Below are positions 57,169-64,000 of a stretch of 64,000 nucleotides of DNA, piece after piece. How positions within the stretch are numbered: position 1 is the stretch's first letter; every line of letters begins with the position of its first letter. A model generated the notes under the pieces. That model was given only the letters and a program-made list of their open reading frames with translations, had not been told where the DNA came from and made no database searches. The translations under genes were made by a program, and so were the position numbers. This DNA is from Eutreptiella sp. 'Long Island Sound 2002' (taxonomy: Eukaryota > Protista > Euglenida), in NCBI GenBank assembly GCA_964036045.1, contig OZ038378.1, positions 155,124,001-155,188,000 of the forward strand, in the 5' to 3' direction.

Positions 57169-59064
57169 TGATTCGGCCGGATCTGCTGGCAACAAATTAT
57201 GTTGTGATTGCTTCAATTTTGTTTGCTAGGTGTCCATTGTAGGAAATGGTGGATGGGTAGAGGCTCATTGAACGTCATTGCAGCATACAAAAGGTAGTAA
57301 TGATGAAGATTGCATGTATTGTAGGAATGTTAACGGACAGGAGTACATTTTTTCAATTTGTAATTTGGGTTATCTTCGACCTAAATCGCTACATTGTGTT
57401 TGAAATTGGTGACAACTTTACTTTGTCTTTATGGAGTTGTCTCACCAGCTTGCGGTACATCAAGGTTGCCGCGAGTGCTGGTGTTCATGCTACAGTGTGG
57501 GAAAGGTGCTCAGATGGTGTTCCATGCTTCGTTTCGGCATGGGCATTAGTCATAATGTCTTGTTTCATACTTTTCTTGCACACACTAGTGTTCGGTGATC
57601 ATTGATGTCCGTGCTAGTGAGGGGTACAACGGTTGTTGTTGCCTCATCACATTGCATTTTGAAAATTACGTAGAGCTTCGGTGTTGCCCGCGTGAGTGAA
57701 GGAACAGTGGCTTGTGAAACATTGTCTAACCAACGATATTGTTGTTCTTTCTGATGTAACGCTCAGCTGGAACTGCACCTGACACTTGGTGTTTCATGCA
57801 TGGACTAGGCGGATGATTGCAGCAATGTGTGGCTTCAAAGTGAACTAGAACCCAAGCGTTGAGTTGGTTGCTCGTGGCAGTAAGTTGTAATTTATGATTG
57901 CTAGTAGTGCCAAATGTAGGTCAGTTGTTGTACCTTATCGCCAGACATTTTGCCTGTTTTAACTTGTAAATCGCGGACTATATGCAGGATTTTTTTTTGT
58001 ATTTATGAAAAATGTGTATGCCTTTGACAAAGGACATGCGGATATACACATTGCGCAGTGCTACTCTTGAATTGTTGCGACTGACTCTTCTCAATCCGTA
58101 TAGAATCAATTGGTAAATGTATTTTTTCTTAATAATGCATGGACATGGAATGGTCTTTTTCAATGGTGGCTTATGAAGCATTTGGTTAGTCTCAAAACTA
58201 TTGTCACTCATTGACAATGAAAGTTAAGGGTAATTCTTAACATTAATGTTGGATACTAAGGTTGCGCTGAGGCATGTGGTGTTTACCAAATATTTGTTGA
58301 GGTACTTTTTAATACCCTATATCTCATGAGGTTATCAACGAACTATTTGCAATGTCGAACATTTTTAGTCAACAATGCATGAATTTAGGTTTGCCCTGTT
58401 TCTTATGTCGCAAGCATTGAATTGCTGATGATGCAACAAATTTGAATTCAGACACCGCATGCACTTAACGTGAGGTGGAAAAGTAGCGTCATAGTAAAAT
58501 GCACAGTGGGATCCAAACTTTTCAAACAGGTGAGAAAACCAATCCCACTTTTGTCTATGTAACCAAAAAGGTGTAACCAATTGAATATGACAATGCCCAA
58601 CCAATGGTAGCAAAAGCTTTTGTTTTAATGTGTTGATTTTGAAAAAGATCATGTTGCATTGTCACCGTTGCATGTGTAGATAACTTTGCTTGAAAGCGAG
58701 ATGTTGGTTGAAAACAAATGTGATACACATATCATTTTTTGTTATAGATTAGTACATGGGCTTAACTACGCAATTAGCAAGTTGCATTACATTGATAATA
58801 CCGTACATTGGAATTGGTAATCGTTTTAGTTACCTTTGCGTATCTTTACTAATGTATCACAACTTATGTTCGTCAGATTTCTTCTATGTCTTCCGTTTGC
58901 AGAAACGTACTTTGCAACTCGTCTTGTTTTTCACCTCTGTGCACCGGTACTCTTCCCGCAAGGAGGACCTTTGCACGTCTTGCAGCGGGTGGGCGGGCCG
59001 GGTGAACCACGGGCCTTGTTGGGGAGTGAGCTCCACCTGGGAGCCATGCAGGTATCACATTTCT

Positions 59065-59310
59065 TGTGAGTGTGCTCCACCTAGGCTGGACGTAGGCACC
59101 ACATTTTTGGGGGGTGTGCTCCTCCTAGGATGGATGCATCCTAGGATGGATGCAAGCACCACATTATTTTGGAGTGCGCTCCGCCTGGGCTGGATGTCTG
59201 CACCCCACTATTTGGGAGCGCGTTCCGCCTAGAGTCGATGTAGCAACCATATTTTTTGGGGAGTGTGCTCTGCCTCGGCCAGACGTAGGCACCACATTTT
59301 TTGGGAGTGC
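59065..59310. repeat. About 45-bp minisatellite, 5-6 degenerate units
   Basis: Recurring caccacat(t/a)ttttgggRgtg..ctccgcctagg. Confidence 0.75.
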
Positions 59311-61920
59311 AATAATACATAACCTGGTTGGCATCTCAGACAGACTGGCATGGGGCAAAGGCTCCGCCTTGCCATTGCCAAACCACAAAAGTGGCCGCCC
59401 TAGCTACCACCTTAGGAGCTATTCACCTGTACATATAGCACCTTCAAGGCCGAGTTGTCACGACCTTACTTCAGAAGTTGGTGCTTCGTGTTCACCACAA
59501 AAGCAGACAATTTTGCGTGCAAAAATCGTCCCGGGTGGTTGAGGGAACACGTCTCGAGGTGCTGTGGCAAGCCAGTTGGGTGATGTCAGGTGTTTAACCC
59601 CAGGCGTGCGGTTGGAAGGCCGTAGGGATGTTAGGGATGGACATTTCGACCCTTTTACCAAATTTGGTGTCATTTACTGAACTTAGAAAGCACAAGATCC
59701 GGGTATATTGCGCCATTCTGTGTGGTGCCCATTCTTACGGCACACAACTGTTCTTCGGATGGCTAACCCCCCACACCCTCCACAAGGCCCATGCCGAAAA
59801 TTGGAGCAAGAAGACAAAGTGCACCAAACCGGCGCATCCATGTTAGGGCCGGCCTATAGGGGCAAGAAGAGGTGCAACAACCGTCCATGAAATGCCATTT
59901 TTCATGAATTGAGGTGCACGGCTTTGTATGGTGAGTATGGTACCTCAAGCTCCTTGTCCCAAGATGAACGGTGCATGTACATTCGTACGTCCAACATTGT
60001 ACCTTGCACCCTACTGTTCTGGGGACACCCGGTATGTCGCGCCCAATATTATACAAAAAAAAACGACTTTGCAAAATTGGTTCGTCTCCTCCAGTATACA
60101 TCTTTGGGTACCTGTTAGGCATTGAATGTCCTGTACACTCGCCTACCAAGTTGGGCGAGTGTGGGTCAATCTCTATGCTTTTTTTGCCATTGCCACCTAA
60201 AAATGCTGTTGCGTTGTGATGTGGCCATATCAATTAACTCCCATTCAGGCTGGCAATGCATGAACCCATACTTCACCTGCAGCTCCGAATGGGAAACACT
60301 GGGGCCGCGTTTAGACAGTCCCTACCGTATGCAAATGAAATGGGCTGTGCCTGGGTGCATGCGCTGCATAAGAGGCTTCAAACCATGCTGAGTCATCATC
60401 TTTCCTTACTACCACAGTCCTGGAAGCAGTGTGTGGCCTGAATTTCAAATGTTGAGAACCATTTGAGCCAATCATCTTCGCTTTGTCTAGCTCGGTTCCA
60501 CATGGTAGGCCCCTTGATTACGAAGGGGACAGGGCTCGGTTTTCTTCTTGGCATTGGCACGGCGCAATTGCGCATCAGCACAATGGAATGGACGAAGTGG
60601 AGGACGACAATAAAACAGAGTATTCCAATCTTGAGATGACCGAGTGTAACAAGGATGAAATCGAGGATAACAAGGACAAAGATGTTGTAGCTGGAGGAGC
60701 CGGGAATGCCTTGCATTGCAAGCGCAATCGGGCTCTTCTTGCATCACTGCCCGGCGGGATACACGGGACACAAAGGCACATAGTCCAACTGGGTGGGGGT
60801 GACTCTGCGGTGTTGTTGCAAAAAAAAAAAACAGATATGGTAGGGCGACCACAAGGCACAATTATACAAGTCCGGAGCTTTGGCGGTAGTGGTGTTGTCG
60901 CTCTGCTGTGCAATTTTGAAGAAACAGAAGCACCAGGTGGGTCGCAGAAGGGGCGCAGGGGACAGGTTGGTGCTAGGCATGAAACCAAGAAAGTGAGTCC
61001 AAGGGCTGTGGGGCGGCGGTCATCGGCGGTAATGCGCAGAACGGCGGTTGCGAGGCCTAATGGACAAGGAAAGCAAAGAGAGGCGGATAACCGTACACCC
61101 TAGGTTAGGGGTATGGAGAAGAGAAAAGCGTCCAAACCAATTGCGGACTACAGGCTTCTACGGGCCTCTAGCTATGCGGTTGTTGCCCTATTGTACTTGC
61201 AAGAGATGTGTCCAGCGTGTTCTGTGTTGACTGCTTGTGCCCTTACCCCTGCCATCGCCTCTCGCAGCGGTCCCCAAGCCCACGCTTGCCCCTGCCAGGC
61301 CCACGGCCAAGGGTGCCACTGGAGCTGGTTTGGGGAGGAGCAAAGAGACGCAATGCACGGTAGGACGGGGATACGGAAGGATGCACGGAGGAAGAAGCCA
61401 GTTGGGACGACTACCAACCAGATACCCTCAGCGGGACAAAATTACCCCCGGCCCAACCACCGCAAGTGGAGGGGTGCGTGTTTCTCAGGAACCGGCGCAT
61501 GTCGGTGCATTGGCAACCAACGAACGGTAACATACACCCGTGGATAAGGGACGTCACAGTTGGGAGGCACGGTGATGCGGACAAATTGTGCCGTCGTTAA
61601 TGGAGCTACATCGTACTCAATGTGGGGGCAGGAGCAAGTGGCCGATGCCGTGCACGCATAGGTGAAAAGGCCATAAGCAGTAGCATTGGGCGCCAATGAG
61701 TGGCCAGTGACGCTTCCGCAAACAATCCCTATGGTGGTTGTTTTAGGTGACTACCAGTGCCTATACTCGATAGACGAGCAGCAAACATTTGCATATGGAT
61801 TTGCATGTTTTGCAATGACATCCAACAAGTGCTTGCAAGCCTAGAAGAGGCGCTGGGAATCATATTTTTTACGGCACAGCACCTTTTAGGTAAGCGGGGG
61901 AGATACTTTCAATTTGTCTG

Positions 61921-62757
61921 AGGGCCCGGCCCGTATTCCGGAACACTGTTTTCAGAATACTACGGAATAGTCCGGCAATATTCCGGAACATTCCGGAATA
62001 TTCTGGCAAACATTACGGAATATTCCGGAACCATGTACACACAATTCAGGCTGTTGTGACAGGTCAGGGAAGGTTGTTCCAATCAGAATCGCAGAAATAG
62101 CATCATCCCGGTCAAGGGCTCAAATTACAGGTTTTTATTTTCAAAACCCACCCTGCTCTCTTGGACCCCTTGGGTGGCTCGGCGTCCTCTCCTCCCCCCC
62201 AGTAGGGTAGGGCAAGAAGGTGAAACCTGCCTGCCCAGGCACCCAGCCATCGGATAGCACCTGTTTAATGAGAAAGGATGGTTTGCCAAAAACGAAAAAA
62301 TAAAATTGCAAAGCGGTGCTATCAACGGCCCCCTGTGTTTCACTGACTTTTGTTTGTTTCCTTGTTAGGGGCTGGTTGCTTCGGGGAAGGGGTCAAGAGC
62401 AAGGGTGAGGGGTTTAAGGGGTATGTGCGGCTGTGACTGACTCAAAAGGTCCCCCCTGATGGGGGGACCTGTAGCATACTGTCCTTGGGGGGGGGGGGGC
62501 ATGCACATGCGAACATGCAAACATGAAGACATGAAAAAGACCAAAAAAGCGAAGGTAAAAATGTTACAGATAACTGGGTTTGAACCCAGGACCTTTGAAG
62601 TTGGAACCTAGTACCACTACAAACTATGCTACATCAGGATCTGCAGCCCCCGACCGTGATCGGTATTACGGAATATTCCGGGTATTACGGATATTCCGGA
62701 ATCTAAATATTCCGGAACATTCCGAATGTTACGGGACCGGAATATGGGCCTGGTCCT
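61921..62757. mobile_element. Non-autonomous TIR element with subterminal (AATATTCCGG)n repeats
   Basis: agggcccggcccgtattccgg versus reverse complement aggaccaggcccatattccgg; clusters of quasi-palindromic 10-mers at both ends; flanks share tttgtc (possible decayed 9-bp TSD). Confidence 0.6.
62574..62633 (-). pseudogene. tRNA-like (SINE head?) remnant
   Basis: Minus strand reads tagcatagtttg...aggtcctgggttcaaacccag: a T-arm/B-box match and a weak A-box, but no complete cloverleaf. Confidence 0.3.
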
Positions 62758-63734
62758 GTTTGTCCACCCCACAGATAACCTCCCTTGGGTGTGCTGGCCC
62801 CTTCACCGTGTGCTCTTCTTGCTCCACTACCCGGTGGGCTAAACCAGACACAAAGGCGCACGGGCCCACTAAGTGCGGTGTCTCTGGGGTGTTAGTGCAA
62901 GGAATACAGATACGGTGGTGCGACCACGAGGCACGGTTATACAAGTCCGGAGCTTTGGTAGGAGTGGTGTTGCCGATGTGCTATGCAAGTTTGGAGACAT
63001 AGAAGCACCGGGTGCATGTCGGACGGGGCGCAAGGGAGGGGTTGGTGCCGGGCATGAAAACAAGAAAGTGAGTCCAAGGGCTATGGCACGGCGGCCATCA
63101 GCGGTAATGCGCACACAGGCGGTTGCAAGGCCTAATGGAAAGAAAAGGCAAAGAGAATCGCATAATCGTGCACCCCAAGATAGGGGTATCGAGGAGAGAA
63201 AAGCGTCCAAACTACTTGCGGCCTACCAGCTTCTAGGAGACGGTACCTGTCGCGCGGCGCGCGGCACGCCCGCGCGCAAAAGCCAGATCCGCCCGTCTCG
63301 ACGCGGCAAGCAGCGCGCGCGGGCAATACCCCGTTCGCCCATAACAAGCATCTTGCGCAGCGCGCGGCTCTGCGGTGGTTACCCTACTGTGCCCAGGCAC
63401 AAGCTTGCCCCTGCTAGGCCCACGGCCAAGGGTGCAATTGGAGCTGGTTTGGGGAACAGCAAAGAGAGACAATGCACGGTAGGAGGGGGATACGGAAGGA
63501 TGAACGGACGAAGAAGCTAGTTGGGACGACTACCGGCCAGGTACCCTGAGCAAGAGAGAGGTATCCCCCCCCTCCCCTACCGCAAACGGAGGGGTATGTC
63601 TTTCTCGGGAACCGGCGCATGTCAGCGCATTGGCGCTAACGAACAATACCATATACCTGTGGATAGCGGACGTTAGAGTTGGGAAGCGCGGTGATACAGA
63701 CAAATTGTGTCGTCGTGAATGGAGCTCCTTAGGT

Positions 63735-63850
63735 GTCACTTTTTACGGTGAACTCTATGAGAGGGAGGACGACCCCATAGACGTCACTTTTGACGGGGAA
63801 CTCTGTGAGGGGGAGGACGACCCCATATACGTCTTTTTTCACGGGGGTTT
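63735..63850. repeat. 48-bp tandem repeat (about 2.4 copies)
   Basis: gtcacttttYacggNgaactctRtgagRgggaggacgaccccata repeated. Confidence 0.8.
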
Positions 63851-64000
63851 CCGTGAGAAGCAGGTGTGGAAGGTGCTGCGGAGGGCAAAGAAAGACGGAC
63901 TTGGGTTGGATGATGGCTCCCCGGACTGTGCATTCCGGGTCATTCTGCGCCACTTGTGGAGGCATAGGACAAAACGCCATAAGAAGGAAGCAGCATTGGG

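Larger units (their letters stand above)
60780..63740. repeat. Diverged duplication of an approximately 0.9-1 kb sequence (about 60.8-61.7 kb versus 62.8-63.7 kb)
   Basis: Shared blocks such as tatacaagtccggagctttgg, caagaaagtgagtccaagggct, gaaaagcgtccaaac, ggagctggtttgggga and tttctcRggaaccggcgcatgtc, in the same order about 2.07 kb apart. Confidence 0.85.

Overview
Repeat-rich eukaryotic genomic DNA with conventional GT-AG introns. A euglenozoan host is inferred only from the retroelement architecture. (1) About 1.9-51.6 kb holds one giant minus-strand coiled-coil gene. I can assemble 47 exons (about 2,940 aa, incomplete at both ends), all phase 0. Of these, 34 lie in a young tandem array of 11.25 units of about 1,898 bp (30.28-51.64 kb), each unit adding a three-exon, 187-aa module. 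(2) Its introns carry a 5.9-kb satellite of 21-bp units built on a 12-bp palindrome, a 195-bp satellite split by a 3'-truncated tyrosine-recombinase retrotransposon, and many G/C-run MITEs and minisatellites. The retrotransposon has the gag-YR-RT order of VIPER/TATE elements, gag and YR in one frame separated by a single UGA-C, and an RT frame overlapping the whole YR gene. (3) 51.6-64 kb is a block of decayed or accessory sequence. It contains a multi-zinc-finger ORF, a divergent three-exon gene of unknown function, possible transposase remnants, a diverged 1-kb duplication and foldback elements. No rRNA, intact tRNA or CRISPR array was found. Most long ORFs in the supplied track at 3-9 kb and 15-20 kb are repeat artefacts.
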